Source: the human T2T-CHM13v2.0 reference genome, Homo sapiens. Taken from it: 64,000 nt of DNA. Where the stretch lies: NCBI RefSeq assembly GCF_009914755.1, contig NC_060932.1. One strand, written 5' to 3'. How positions within the stretch are numbered: position 1 is the first letter of the stretch; every line of letters starts with the position of its first letter. Below are positions 51,188 through 64,000 of the stretch, one piece after another. Both the position numbers and the translations under genes were made by a program. Under the pieces are notes generated by a model. It did no database searches and was not told the origin of the DNA. It saw only the letters and a program-made list of their open reading frames with translations.

Positions 51188-52934
51188 CTGCGCAGAGCAC
51201 ACGGAAGGGCGGTCAGGTCCTCAAGCACTGGCCAGGGTGGGCCTGATAGCAAACAGCCACATGGAAGGGGCATGCGGAGGGGGCACGGCCACAAAACCAT
51301 GCCAGCCTTCCAGCACAAGAGAGAGGCTCTTAGGCACAGAGGCAGCGGAAAGGAGTTGGGCTTTGTTCCACGCACTTCTGAGGGTTCCAGGGTTTTTCTC
51401 CCCGTTCGGTTAGCTGTTTATCAGACCTCCAAGGGTTTACGCGCCCTTGACGTTTTTCAAACAGAAAGGGGAAGAATAGACCTTTCTACCCCGGCCATCA
51501 GAGGACGGCTGCTGTGCTGGAAGCATGAATTCACTGTCGCTAAGAAGGCCGCACATGGTAGTGCAGACGCCCACAGGGAAAGGCGCTCATGCCACAGACA
51601 ACCCGCAGGGGACACTGATGAGGCTTCGCGAGGCAGGCGCAGGGGGTCTCGCTGGGCCTGCTCTAGGTCTGAAAGGAAACGACACCCCAAACTTTAGGGG
51701 CTTTGCACACAAGTTCTCGGGGCAGCCTGGGTTCAGGAGACGTGGCTCTAGAGAGAAAGATGCCAGTGGCCGCACCTCACCTACGAGTCCTCCTGCAGTG
51801 GGCTGCCGGCACTCAAAAGCAGTCCCACCCATGTCCCTCCTGCCTCAGGGGAGTCTGCCCCTGAATCCAGATCAATGTTGATGGCTGAGGCTCACCTTGG
51901 GTCTCCACTTCCCACCAGGGAGACAAGCAGTGCCCTCCTGACAAGATTAGAGGAATTGCGGGCCAGAGCCCGGGACCCAGGCCTGAACACAGACACACCT
52001 GTCCGTGGGAGGCGCGGGAGAAGGGCTTTCTGCCCAGGTGGTCCTTGCTGGCCTCCTCAGACCACGGGCAGGCGACGGCTCTGAGGCAGAGGGGCTGGGG
52101 CTCCCAAGCTGGCTGCCATCTGGGTCACATTTGGGCAGGACCACCCCCAAGGACACAGCCCTGGGAAGCCACGTTGTTCCAGCAGGGAGGGGAGGGCTGC
52201 TCTCGAGGGACACGGACAGGCAGGGGGCCGGCAGCTCCGCGCCCAGCAGGCGCCAGGGCAGCCGCACCCCCACACGCAGTCAGAGGCATCGCCTGTTGGC
52301 GACGAAGCCCACCCCATGGCCAGTGCCCACTCAGGCTCTGAGAAGCGTCCCGGGGCCTCTCCTCCTGCCGCTTAACTCCCTCAGCTCCCTCCGCATCAGT
52401 GCAGGCCCGGGGCAAGTTCCTCTAGTTCAGAACACAGATTAAGCTCCTCTGTCTCAAAAAGTTCTTGCCAGAAAAATGTTTTAACAGTTTTGATGGGTGC
52501 CCTCAAGGCAAAAACTATTTTCCCACACAGAGTTGCTTTAATTCAAAAGAAAACAACAACCAAGAAGGCAAAACACAAACATCAAACCAGGTTCTGGACA
52601 TTTTAACACCAAGTCGAAGAAAAGGAGAACAAAAAAAGACAAGATAATTTCTGAAAGAATGCTGGAAACAGGACGTGGTGTCAGATACGCATTAAAAACA
52701 AACCATCACAACAGGAAGCGTTTCCCTGTGAACAGGTTCCTCCGGCTTTCCCACATGGGGCCGGCTTCGGCGCTGCCAGGGGTGGTCACCGCCAGGGTGG
52801 CCCCGGCAGCCCAGCCAGGCCCACAGAGGGTCAGCCTGAATATTCAACACCATTCAGCTTTTAATGAGAGGAGCTACCCAGGGCCAGGACCCCGTCTGTG
52901 TTGTGAGGACACCAGGTGTGGCCGAGAAACTTAC

Positions 52935-53123
52935 CGATGGCAGAGCCGTTAAGGAAAAGTGCAACGCCAAAGAGGACGCCAACGCAGAGGGCGAGGATGA
53001 AGGGCCGCCGGCGGCCCCAGCTCAGGGTGCACCGGTCACTCGCAGACCCAATGAGAGGTGTGAAGATGAGGCCAAGGATGGGGCTCAGGAACCAGGTGAG
53101 GCTGTAGTACTGCTCCGGAAGGC
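52935..53123 (-). CDS. SLC45A4: SLC45A4 coding exon (GLPEQYYSLTWFLSPILGLIFTPLIGSASDRCTLSWGRRRPFIL...GSAI)
   Basis: cccttgcag acceptor, GTAAGT donor, 189 nt, phase 1/1. Contains the SLC45/sucrose-transporter signature SDR..S.WGRRRPF. Confidence 0.96.
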
Positions 53124-55289
53124 CTGCAAGGGACACGAGGGCCGTCGCACACGCAGGCACTGGCCGGGCTCTGCCACAGTTTTCCTGGGAGCCCCGCGAC
53201 AGAGAGGTGCCTCTGTGTACACGCACGCATGCGCACATCCCCTGCTCAGGTTGTCTCCACAGGGTAGACTTTCCTTTTTCTGCAAGGCCAGATGACCTGA
53301 AATCAACCCAGCCCCAGCTGTAAGCATCAGATGGCCAGAGAAAAGCAGCCAGGCCTTGGAGTGCCAGTGGGCTCCACCTGCACTGGCCCGAGCCTAAGGG
53401 GCAGCACACACTGACTGTGCAGGCACATGGAGGGCGCCCCGCCCAGGGCTGGACACAGGGCTGAGAGCCCCTCCACACTGCTGGTGCTGTCCAGGGCCTC
53501 AGGGCTGCTGAAGGCCGCTTTGAGGGTGGCAGGCACAGGGCCACTGTCCCTTGACACCAGACAGTCTACAAGAGCAGGACGGTGACTGCAGCTTCACAGA
53601 GGCAGGAAGGGCCCACGACTTCTAGACCTCACTGGCTGAAAATGTACCATGGAGGGTCCTGCAGAGGGTCCCCACAGCCAGCAAAAGGCTGTTCTGTGTG
53701 GCCACTGAGTGGGGGCAGGGGGATGCACCATGAGTGTCTCCAGCTGGAGCCAAGGGGTTGCAGATGGCACCTGTCATGCTCACATTCTCCTTCCTGACCA
53801 CCCAGGGAGGTAGGAAATATGGTGCCTATTGCAGACAGAGAAACTGAAGCTCAGAGAGGTTAAGTAATCCACCCCAGGTCACACAGCTAGGATTCCAGCC
53901 CAGGGCTACCTGATTTCAAACTCTGTCCCTGAGTTGACACGCTGCCTCCCTATCACAGAAACCCGCGTGTCCATCACCAACCAGGCGGGCAAACAGTGTC
54001 GGCAGTCACAAGCACCACAGCACGGGAACGAGCGGCCGCCTTGTGCAGCCGTGAGCACGAGCCCACTCACAGCGCTGAGCGAAGCAGCCACACAGATGAC
54101 CACGCACCTCTGACGCCTGTCGTGTGATGTCCAAAGGCACGGAAAGGACCCTCCACTGTGAGAACTTGGGTGCCGGTTGCCCTTGGCAGGGGGCAGGGGG
54201 CAGTGGCTGAAGCGGGGTCGGGTGTCTGTTCTTGATCTGGATGGGAGTCCCACGCTCCAGTCACGCGGTGCCAATTCATCCCACAGGGGACTTGAGATCT
54301 GTGCCCTCTCCCCATACTATACGTCAGTAAAACACTTCCTTACGAAATAAAGGTGCTTGGCACGCCAGCGGCTCATCTGGCTAACATTGTACACTGCCAA
54401 AAGCCATTGAGAATATTGTGTTGAGCTAGCAAGAAAAATAAACTTGTGTGGGAGGAGGAAATCATTTTCAGAGGAGGAGGGAAGCACCTTTCAAAATTAT
54501 TGCTAATGTGCTCACTAAAACATGTATGCATTCGGCCGAGGATTTAAGGTGTTTGCTTTGACCTTTGCACTGCACACAACTTCAGGAAGGGTACATTTTA
54601 TTCCTACTCGGAGTCAGCAGAAAGGACTGATGTTTCAGGAAACGAGAAGTATGTGAAGCGTGTCCGCTGGATGGGTGAGAGTTTACACGGCAGACCCGGG
54701 TTCCTCAGCTTCACCGGAACTGAGTCCCTGCCCTTGTTAATAATGATCCATCAGGAAGCCTATTTCTCAGAAAAGTCTCTTTATCAAAACTACGCAGAGG
54801 GCGCAACACTCAAAACCTCAGAAAGAATGGGAAACGGTCATTACTCCCACCACATGCAGACTGTACCAATGTATGTCGGCAAACCCGTGCCAGGCAGCCC
54901 CTCGCAGAGCTGCGGAGCCTGTGTGCGGTCCTGGCTCCTCTGGATTGGGCACCCAGAAGGGCTCTCGGTGCCTCCTGTAGCAGCGCGCTGGTTCTCACCT
55001 CCCTGCCTGGGAACCCCTCCTGCTGTCCCTTTTCAAACTCCTTGGGGGCCATCCACCCAGGAGGCCCCCGCCAACCCTGTGCACGCCAGGTCCTGCGTTT
55101 TCCACACAGCATTGAAGCCACCTCGGCCACCCACATGCACTCACGAGAGACCGTGCCCCCAGAGGGCCGTAGCTGCTCACTCCTCTCTCTCCACCACTCA
55201 CCCCAGTCTGGCACCAGATGGGACCTGTGACCCACAGAGGGCTCGAACACTAGCTGACCTGAACCAAACCACTTTACCATTTCCAGCAG

Positions 55290-56640
55290 TCCTCTTTCCT
55301 TTCTGAAAACTCTGACTTTTCATCTGATATCCCTTCGCTTAATCCTGAAGGATTTTCTGTAGTTTTTTTTTTTTTTTTAGCATTTCTAATAGGAGGGGCT
55401 CTGCTGACGACAAATGCTCTTGGATTCTGTCTGAACTCTCCTTATTACACTTACACTCTTGAAGAATATTTCTGCTGCACACAGAATTCTGGGTTAATTC
55501 CTCCCAGCCCAGATCTTCGAAGATGTGATCCACTGTGTCCTGAACCCCATGGTTTCTGACAGGGCGGCTGTGGTGATTCCCATGAGTGTCCCCTTGTATG
55601 TCATGGATCCTTTTTTCTCTGGCTGCCTTAAAGATTCTCTTTACTGCTGCTTTTCAGCAGTTTGACAATGACAAGCCTAGACAGGGATTTCTGGACACAC
55701 ATCCTGGTTGGGCTTTCTGGAGCTTTATGAATTTGTAGATTTATACGTTTCACCAAGTTTAGAAAACATCCCGTTCATCCCGTTACGTCTTACTTCAAAG
55801 CTGTGAGTTTTTTGGTTTTGTTTTGTTTTTGGAGACAGGGTCTTGCTGTCACCCAGGCTGGAATGCCGTGGCACAATCTCAGCTCACTGCAACCTCCGGC
55901 CTCCTGGATTCAAGCAATTCTTGTGCCTCAGCCTCTCGAGTAGCTGGGTACAGGTGTGCACCACCACACCCGGCGGCTAATTTTTGTATTTTTTGTAGAG
56001 ACAGGGTTTTGCCATGCTGGCCAGGCTGGTCTCAAACTTCTGAGCTCAAGCAATCTGCCCACCTCGGCCTCCCGAAGTGCTGTGATGACAGGCGTGAGCC
56101 ACTGCACCTGCCCCTGCAAAGGTTTTACATCCCATTCTCTATTTCCTTTCTTCTGGGGTTCCCATGACAGACATCAGACCTTTGAGATCATCCCTCTGTT
56201 TCCTGGAGCATTCTTCATTTCTTTTTTCAGGCTTTAATCTCTATATGATCATTTCTGTTGACATATCATGAAGTCCACTGACTCTTCTGTCCCCTCCAAT
56301 CTGCTGTTAACCCCATCTGGTTCATTTTCTATTTTGATACTGTAGTTTTCAGACCTAGAATTTCCACTTGGCTCTATTTCTGTAGCTTCCATTTCTCTGC
56401 TGGGACTCTGTGCTCTCCATTCTGAGCATGTTTTCTGTCCTTGGGTGTAGTTACGCACACCCATCTGACCAGTGCGACACGCGACATCATCGTGGGTCAG
56501 CCTCCACTGCTGCCGTCCTCCAGCAACGGTCGCCTTTTCTTTTTTAAAAAAAACATGTCTAATAACATTGAGTTGTATCCTAGACACTGTGAATGATGTG
56601 TCATAGACTACACTGCTATATTCCTCTGAGAGTGTTCATG
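55290..56640 (-). mobile_element. Old L1M remnant (boundaries approximate)
   Basis: Reverse L1 5'/ORF1-like motifs such as ctccaatctgctgttaaccccatct and tctagaatttccacttgg-like sequence. Confidence 0.55.
55807..56110 (-). mobile_element. Alu (J-like)
   Basis: Reverse Alu consensus. Confidence 0.88.
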
Positions 56641-59540
56641 GTTTTATTTAACACGAGGGTTTGAAATTCCCGCCCCATCTCCTAACTCCACCCGAACTCT
56701 GCCTGTGGGTTCTTCAAGAAAGGCAGAGTGGAGTTAACTATCCAAGTTTCAGCCACCCTGTGTTGCGTCAACGAAGGCCAACAGTCGGGTTAAAAGCGGT
56801 GCCAAGAGAGAAACCCAGGCATTCCCTCTTCCAGCCATCACCTTCCTACTTGGTTTCTGCCCCAAGCGCTGGCTGGGTGTCAGGAGGGTGGGGAGGACCT
56901 GCAGGTGCGACCCAGCCCACCTAATCTAGAGGAGGCGCTGCGTGCACAGGCCTGTCCCGCCTTTGTGCTGCCAACCCTGGGAGCCGGGAAGACGCTGGGT
57001 CCGGAGCAGCCCTGGACCAGGCAGCCGTCCCCAGCCCAGAAGGGAGGCTTCTCACCCCGGGAGACAAGAAGGCACAGGGCACTGGGGGGAACCGCTAGGC
57101 CCGGGCCAGGCCCTCGGCTCCCAGTCCTCCTGTGGAGGCTGCTTCTCCACCCTTGTCCCACAGGCCCCTCCAGAGCCTGGTGGGACCCGGCCCCAGGCCT
57201 CCCTGGGCACCTCCACCCGCCAGCCTCCTCCCCTTTGCCCTCAGCTCTGACTCCTATAGTCCCCACAGCTGCCCCAGCCTCCGTGCGGCCCCGGCCCTGG
57301 TCTCTCCTGTGTTGCCAGCCCCCAGCCCTAGGTCAGGCCTCCCCACGCCTCTCTCTGACTCCCACTAACTCACCCCTACATCTGGCCGGCCTGCCTTGGG
57401 ACCCAGGTCAGCCCCTCAAACCACACAGCTGCCATGGACTGTGCCTGGAAGACTTGGATCGTTCCTCATGGCCTGACATCGTGATTTTAACTTTACACCC
57501 TGCGGTGTCAGGGCCCGTGTTCCAATCCTCAACAAGACACTGTGGGGCTTCCTTTCTCCATCTTTCCCCTCTGCTTGGACAACCCCAAGTCTACACGTCG
57601 GGACTGGCACTTGGCACATTCAAAGGGGATCAGTGGAGACACAGAGCCCACCGTGGCACCACCGCCCGTGCCTCCCACCCACGATGCTCAGTGCGGCGAG
57701 CAGCACACGGGCCTCCTGCTGGGGCGCTCTCAATGCTGGTGCGCAAGGTGCCCTGCCCCACGTGCTTTCCCTGGAAGGGGTGGCACGCCTTGGCACCAAG
57801 CATCTACACCCAACGACAGCTGTCGCTGCTGAACCTCTCGGTGGGCCTGGCGCCACCCCAGGTGCTGGCCTGTCCCCTCTGGAGGAATCCAGAATCTGGC
57901 CAGAGCAGGAGACCCACGACTGGGGTACACAAGGCAGGAGGGTTGCCAGGGTCGCAGGCGGCTTCCCTCGGGAGTGGTCACGGGGTGAAGGCCGCAGACA
58001 CCATGAGCAGGTCAGGCCGAGGATGGAGAGACAGGCCGGGGGGCCGGGACAGGGCCAGCAGTGTCTGTCTCATTCTTCCCTCCCCAGTCAGCCTAAAAGT
58101 GAATTCCAGGCTGCAAGGAAAGCTCAAGCCCAATAGGAAGTCAGCGACTCCATCTCAGTCCCCAGCACCTGAGGCAGCACGGCCACGGGACGCCTGCCGG
58201 GTGCCCACAGAGCCAGGCTGCAGGAGTGAGTGGTCCCGAGTATCAGGGGACAGCTTCCTTTGTTTTAAGCACCTTGGCAAGAAAAATAAACATTTTTCAT
58301 CGTATCTTCAAAACGGTCCCGGGAGGGCACAGCTGCCGCCTCCCTGCCTCGCAGGTCCTGCTCTGACGTCCCCGGCGGTGAGAACTCGGTCTCCCCCGTT
58401 CGTAGCAGGGGGCTGCCACTGGGACGGCTCTGACGGGGCACTTCCCAGCCCGGCTCCAAACACACACAACGCTGGGCCCAGTAAATAAGTTTTGTTTTTT
58501 CCCAGGGAAAAGTTGAACAACAATGGTGAGACCAGGAAGGCTCTCCGTTCACAGGAAATACTGTGTCACCGCTCGGCCGCAGGCTGTGTGAGGTCACGGG
58601 CGACGCTCGGGTCACGTGTGGCGGCTCCTGTTCACAGTGCCGTGTGTGATAAACTGGGACCTTCTGGTGAGGGGAGACTGGCGGGGGGTGGGGAGGGCAA
58701 GGAGTGGGAAAGTCGCCTATAAATGTTTAACAAAAGATCCGCAATGGGAACAGGAACTTGCATTCTTTCTTTCAATGGACAAAGCTTCCACATCAAGATA
58801 CGCTTGTGTGCTGGGACCAAATGCCACAGTGCGGCGAAACTCGTGAGCACAAGTCCTGCGTGGGAAAGGCTTAGCATCCTTGAGTGACCTCTGATGAATT
58901 TAAGTCAAGGAACACTGTCAGGAGCCACTTCTGAAGGGCCCCAGACAGGAAAGACACTGGGCCGGGGGAGCCGGGCCCCCAGGGCTCGGGCCACCTGCTT
59001 GCAAGAGGGGAAGGGCCACTGGCACTGGGCCCCCGGCACTGAGGCTCTGTGCTGGCGAGGGCCCCACAGCTGCAAGGAATGTTCCAGAACCACTACAGCC
59101 ACAGGAAGATAGGGAGGGGGTGAAAAGAGGGGCAAGCTCAGGTGCTTTTCCTGAGCCTACTACAAACCGGCCCGTCATTTAGGGTGGAGGGGACAGCAGC
59201 ACCTTGAGTGTTCTCACATGTGCCGCCTTCCCACTCCAACACCCACGGCCCACCCAGCCCCTCCCGGAGTGCCAGCCATGGCTCTCTGAACCCTGTGGGA
59301 GAATCTGGCATTGAAGGGCCGGGGACAATAAGTTCCCGGGCTTTGGCCTTTTGTAGGAGAGGAGGAATTGAAACTTGAAACCCAGGACCCAGCGCCTCAT
59401 TTCTAGAGGGTGAGGCAGAGCCCTGAGGGGAGAGCTGTGTGGAGTGGAGCTGTTGGGTGCCCGAGAGGCTGTGGCTCACCGCAAGCTTTAGATGGAGTGA
59501 TCTGGGTGGAGGCAGCAGTTTTGAAATTGAGCATTCTAAC

Positions 59541-59628
59541 CTTTCTGAAGACTCCATTGATTTGACCTCAGTGGACTCACAAGGGTCTTTGGACGGGACA
59601 GACCTGAGGCTGGGCTTGCTTTCCCCAT
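59541..59628 (-). CDS. SLC45A4: SLC45A4 alternative first coding exon (MGKASPASGLSRPKTLVSPLRSNQWSLQK-G)
   Basis: ATG at 59628, 88 nt, AAAG|GTTAGA donor in phase 1, joining GC-CTT-CCG of the next exon in frame. Matches my recollection of a short-N-terminus isoform. The main first coding exon is outside the window. Confidence 0.7.
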
Positions 59629-62600
59629 AGATGATGCTGTCCCTGCCGCCCTGTGCCAGGCACCTCCCAGCAACTCCCAGGGGGCCACTGTTTCTCCTCT
59701 TCAACAAGGAGGGGCGCCTCAACAGCCTGGCTAGAGGCCCCTGGCCAGACCCAAGCAGGACGCTGGCGCTCCAGAAAGCCAGCGGGAACATTCCGCAGCT
59801 GCTGTCCTGTCTCAGAGCCGACCCTGTGTCCAGCTTGTGGGCACCTGTCTTCACTGGCAGGCACCTGTCTTCACTGGCCAGCTCCTCGGGCAGGCACTCC
59901 CCGCAGCTGGAGCATGGGCTCCTCTCTGCCCTATCAGCACAGCCACCCATTCTCGGCTCTTTAAAACAGATGTTGCAACAAGCAAACATCTTTGTGATGA
60001 CACAGTGATGTTATCGTAGCTGTATAAACAACCGTATGGCCTTTGGCCTGAGATTCCGGAAGCTTCCTGAAGAGCACAAAATGCAGGTCAGGCCATGTCC
60101 TGCAGCCCTGGCTAAGCTCAGGGGTCAATCAGTTCCAGAAGCCAACAGCTACCCCAGGCCTTGGAAGAGAGAAAGGAAAGTTCTAATTCAATACATCCCA
60201 AACCCATCTCTGGATGTGCCGCTTCATATCTAGACCTCCTCTGGGGTCCCCTAACTCAGAGAAAAGGCTCTGTCACCCACCACTCATGCTGTCAGGACCC
60301 CGGGCACCAACACCACCCGCCCCACAGCCCACCTGGCGCCAGGTGCCGCTGCCTCCTCGGCTGCACATCCCCGCCGTACACTTGTCTCCCCATCGGCTCC
60401 TCCCGCCCATGGGACCTTCGAAGACACTGCTGCCTCTGCCTGAAGTACTTTACCTTCCCCCCTTACCTGACACTCAATAACTGCTTAGTGCCCTTAAAAG
60501 AGCTGCACTCTCAGGAGCAGAGTTTTGTGAGCATAGCAGGCTTCCAACTGACCCCTGGTTCCTCCCTCATCCTCCGTAACCCACCCGCCACCTGCAGTCA
60601 GAGTGACCACCTAAAACTCACTGCTTGCACCTGCCGTGGCGTCCAGGGCCCTCAAAGTCCTGCCTCATGCCTGCAGCCCACAACACCCTACCCTACCCAC
60701 TGGCTGGACAGCCCATGCCAGACCGCTTCCCTCTCCACACCAGACTCCAACCGCCCACCCCACCCTACCTCCTCTTCTAGAAAACACCAGGCTCACATCC
60801 CGCTCAGAACCTCAGCCACGGCCACTGGGGAGGGTCCAGCCAGTGCCTTCCCCGGGTAGGGGCAGCTCCCCTGGTGTCCAGGCACTCCCTTGTCAAGGCC
60901 ACAAGCTTCAAGGCAGTGGGACCATCCAGGACCGCATCCTAGGAGGCTCTCAACAAGCACGTGGCAGGTGACGGCACCTGCAGACCACGGCCTGCACCCA
61001 TGGCAGAGACCCTGCTGCCACTCCAGTGCGTGCCAGGTGGGCCCTGACAACAGACCCACTGGGTGATGAGCCTGACTTCCCTACCTGCACCTCCCTCACA
61101 GCCAAAGCCTGGCCAACAGCAGGGGCCACAAGGCCTCCAAGCAGAAATGCTCGGCTCTGAGCTTGCAGCCCACCCCACTCTGGCTGCGGGACTTTGGAGC
61201 AGCTTGGGCTTTGAACCTGCTGCCCTGCATGTAAAGGGGCACGCTGGGAAAGGTGGGCATTATGGAGATTAAAGGAGAACATGGTGCGCACAGCTCAGCG
61301 CTGGACACTAGATCCCTGCCTGCACTCCCGAGGCCGTGGTGCTCTGATGACATCCATGGGCAGTGAGTTCAAAATGCTGGAAGGACAACACCACAGCACC
61401 ATTACACGATGATAAGAAAGTTCTCTGCAAGTCTACTTACTCTCGGTAAATGAATTACATGTCAGAGGCCGCATTAGACTATTTTCCACAACACAGCCGG
61501 CCCGGTGAGTAGACTCTTGGAAGTAGGTTTCCCAGAAGCTGAAGAAGCACAGGCCTCTGTTTCTGCATCACCGACTCAAATAAGACCCACTGTGGCTGTC
61601 AGGGCTGGGCCCTGGAGGTCTTTAAAGTTAAAGGTGCTGTCAGAGCACCCCATCTCAACAAGGGAGGGCCGCTCCTGAAGTCCCCGCCCTTCCATCAGAA
61701 AGCCTCTCAGGACAGAAGGCAGAGAGGGAAGCGGCCGCAAAGACCCATGGGTGCCGAGGGTTCCCAGCACGGCCAACAGGGCCCTGCACACTCACAGGAC
61801 AGTCCTTGTATTGGAGACAAACAGCTGTGCCGGAGAGGGGTCCTGAGACAGCAGCTCCGGTGGCCACGTGAAGGTCTGAAGCCCCAAGCGTGCCCAGCTC
61901 CAGGATGGGGTAAGCAGCGGGGGAGGTAGGGCCCTGGTGGCTGGGGGGCCGCCAGGAGCAGCGCCCAGGCCAGTGCTGCCTCTGCCGCCCGGCCTTGCTG
62001 CCCGAGCGCACGCTGTGTCTGGGGACAGTCCGGCCGCTGCCCCGGCACCTATACCTGACACTATCTTCCTGTGGAATTAGCCACCTGAAAAGTCTCCTGC
62101 CCAGGGAAGTGCAATGCTGACACTGTCCATTTTCTGAAGAAATGAAAAGAAGAGAAATGCTGCCAGAGAGCATGTGGCACAGGCGTGGTGAGTGCATTCT
62201 GCCAGCCAAATTGGGAACGTGGCACTGATGACGGCCCCAACGACGCGGAACCAGGCCTGCCCCACCCGGGGATCCAGGAATGCGGATGCTGGGGCAGAGC
62301 ACCTCCTGCTCCGGGAACGCTGTGCTGGCGGCGGCAACAGCGTGTGACACCCAGTGAGGCATTTCCCCCACCCCGCCCGGCCTCTCTCTTCTCCCCTGTA
62401 AAATGGAGGGAAAGACCAGCACCTGACAGGCCCTCTCTGCAAAGAACACTAGTGTGGGAGAAGCCACATTCGGTCACGTTTCTAGGGCTTAAGGTCACCC
62501 CGGAAGAGAAAGGACCTGGCAGGTCCCAGGATGGGTGCGGAGGGTGGGATGAAGGGCACAGTGTGGGAAGGAGCGCCGGAGACAGGGCAGGGACAGCCAG

Positions 62601-63859
62601 GCCGGGAAGGCCTTGGCTCTGGGCTGAGAGTGTGGCCCCTCGCGCCAGAGGCAGCAGGGACCCCTCAAAGGTGCCTGGGCTGGGACACGCAGGTCCCCGT
62701 GAAGGCCACGCTGCAAGTTGGTGGGGGGAGGACCATGAGGAGGCCGGTTTGGTCCAACCTAGTACTCCCTGGACCAGATGACCAGCTAAGTCCCCGAGGT
62801 CAAAGGCTTGGATCACAAGGTCACCACTGGATGAAGAGGGCACATTAGGAGGGGCTGCTCCAAGAGGGCCGCGCAGCTACCTGGAGTCGGATGCCACGTG
62901 GGGGAGCACCCAGCAACAGCAGGTGGGCGGACGGCTGGCACTGTGGGACCCACACCGAGTGGTCGGGTCACCTGGCCACCTGGCATCTTCCAGACAAAGA
63001 ACCCTCGAGCCAAGGTGCAGGCAGAGACCCAGGGACCATGGGGGACCCTCCCCCATCAGACACAGAGCCACTGTGGGCCCTGCCCAGCCCACTACATTGA
63101 CAGGCACAGTAGGAAACACTCTTGCCACACGGCACCGAGCCATGGATCCCACTAGGAAGTTACTGCCACATGAGACTGCTCTGTGTGTGCGAAGGCCCAG
63201 TACACAGCGACGCCTCTCAACAGCGCCTGGTGAGGGCAAATGGCCCGAGATCAGGAGACCCCACTTCAGTTCTTTACCAAGGTTCTCCTCCCTCCATGGG
63301 CACTGGAAGGTAGTGCCTGGGTAACCAAGGCTCCAGGTCACGTAGCACTGCCCAGGCCCAGTGAAAATGGCAGGAACAGTACATTCCAGTGGGGCCAGGC
63401 CCCACACGCCAAGTGCCCGACTCAGGCTCTGCATCTCTCCTCTGCCGCTGGCCTACAGAAGGGGTCTTCAGGGGTGAAGCTGAGCCTCCAATGGATTATA
63501 TCATCTGCCTAAGCTCATACAGATGCTAGGGACTGGAGGGGGCGGGGGAACCCCCCTCAGGCTCCCACACATGGGGCCGGGGAACCTCAACAATCCATCA
63601 CACGCCAGCCCCGCTGCTCTGTGCGCCATGCTTTGGCCATGGGCTGGTTCACGTCCAAGGCTTGGACAAGATGACAGCAAATGTCCCCTTCAGCTATAAG
63701 CCTTTATGGTTTGAATTAGGGACAGATGGGAAATCCAGCTGCCACCCTTATATACTGCTGTTTGTAGCTTTGATTATAACAGATGGCCAGAAACACCCCA
63801 AATGCCCAAGCATGGAACAATCACGCCAAGGCCTCAGGTGAAGACAGGGAATGCTGCTG

Positions 63860-64000
63860 CTGCAACATGAACGCACACTCAGTGGCTCCCAGGTGAGCAC
63901 TCAGGAGCTGCAACGTGAACACACACACTCAACGGCTCCCAGGTGAGCGCTCATGAGCTGCAATGGGAACACACACTCAGTGGCTCCCAGGTGAGCACTC
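63860..64000. repeat. Start of a ~48-50-bp VNTR running off the window end
   Basis: ctgcaa..gaac(ac)nactca..ggctcccaggtgagc.ctca.gag, about 3 copies visible. Confidence 0.85.

Noticed and set aside
56905-58488. 527-aa + strand ORF in the SLC45A4 intron
   Set aside because: GTG start, Pro/Ser/Ala/Gly-rich, no recognisable domain, GC-rich context. Length is notable, but only PhyloCSF or Ribo-seq evidence would rescue it.
59439-60008. + strand ORFs with protein-like acidic stretch (SNLSEDSIDLTSVDSQGS)
   Set aside because: Antisense to the SLC45A4 alternative first exon, interrupted by a stop, and no family recognised.

Overview
Hominoid, almost certainly human, genomic DNA (Alu, L1, MIR, MER, MLT and an SVA). 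It holds two convergent genes that I recognise from their translated exons. The 3' half of DENND3 (Rab12 GEF) is on the + strand: 10 coding exons 5291-24348, 3'UTR to ~25935. Most of SLC45A4 (MFS-fold SLC45 transporter) is on the - strand: an alternative first coding exon at 59541-59628, six shared coding exons from 53123 down to 43559, an optional terminal exon from 43065, and a 3'UTR to ~38540. All exon phases were checked by hand and join in frame. The 12.6 kb between the genes is a nested L1/Alu stack. It is interrupted by a full-length minus-strand SVA with a 13-bp TSD, a 99-bp 3' transduction and a ~1.7 kb (CCCTCT/CT)-type head, and a CpG island sits 2 kb upstream of that head. Other highlights: a TSD-flanked, GC-drifted TMA7 retrocopy containing a CTCF-like motif; a splice switch at the SLC45A4 stop codon that gives several C-termini and toggles a PDZ-type motif; a potentially NMD-escaping 76-nt DENND3 intron; and tandem repeats that multiply MRE or RBFOX motifs. 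There are no prokaryotic systems or CRISPR arrays. Gene, repeat-family and variant names come from recall and need database confirmation.
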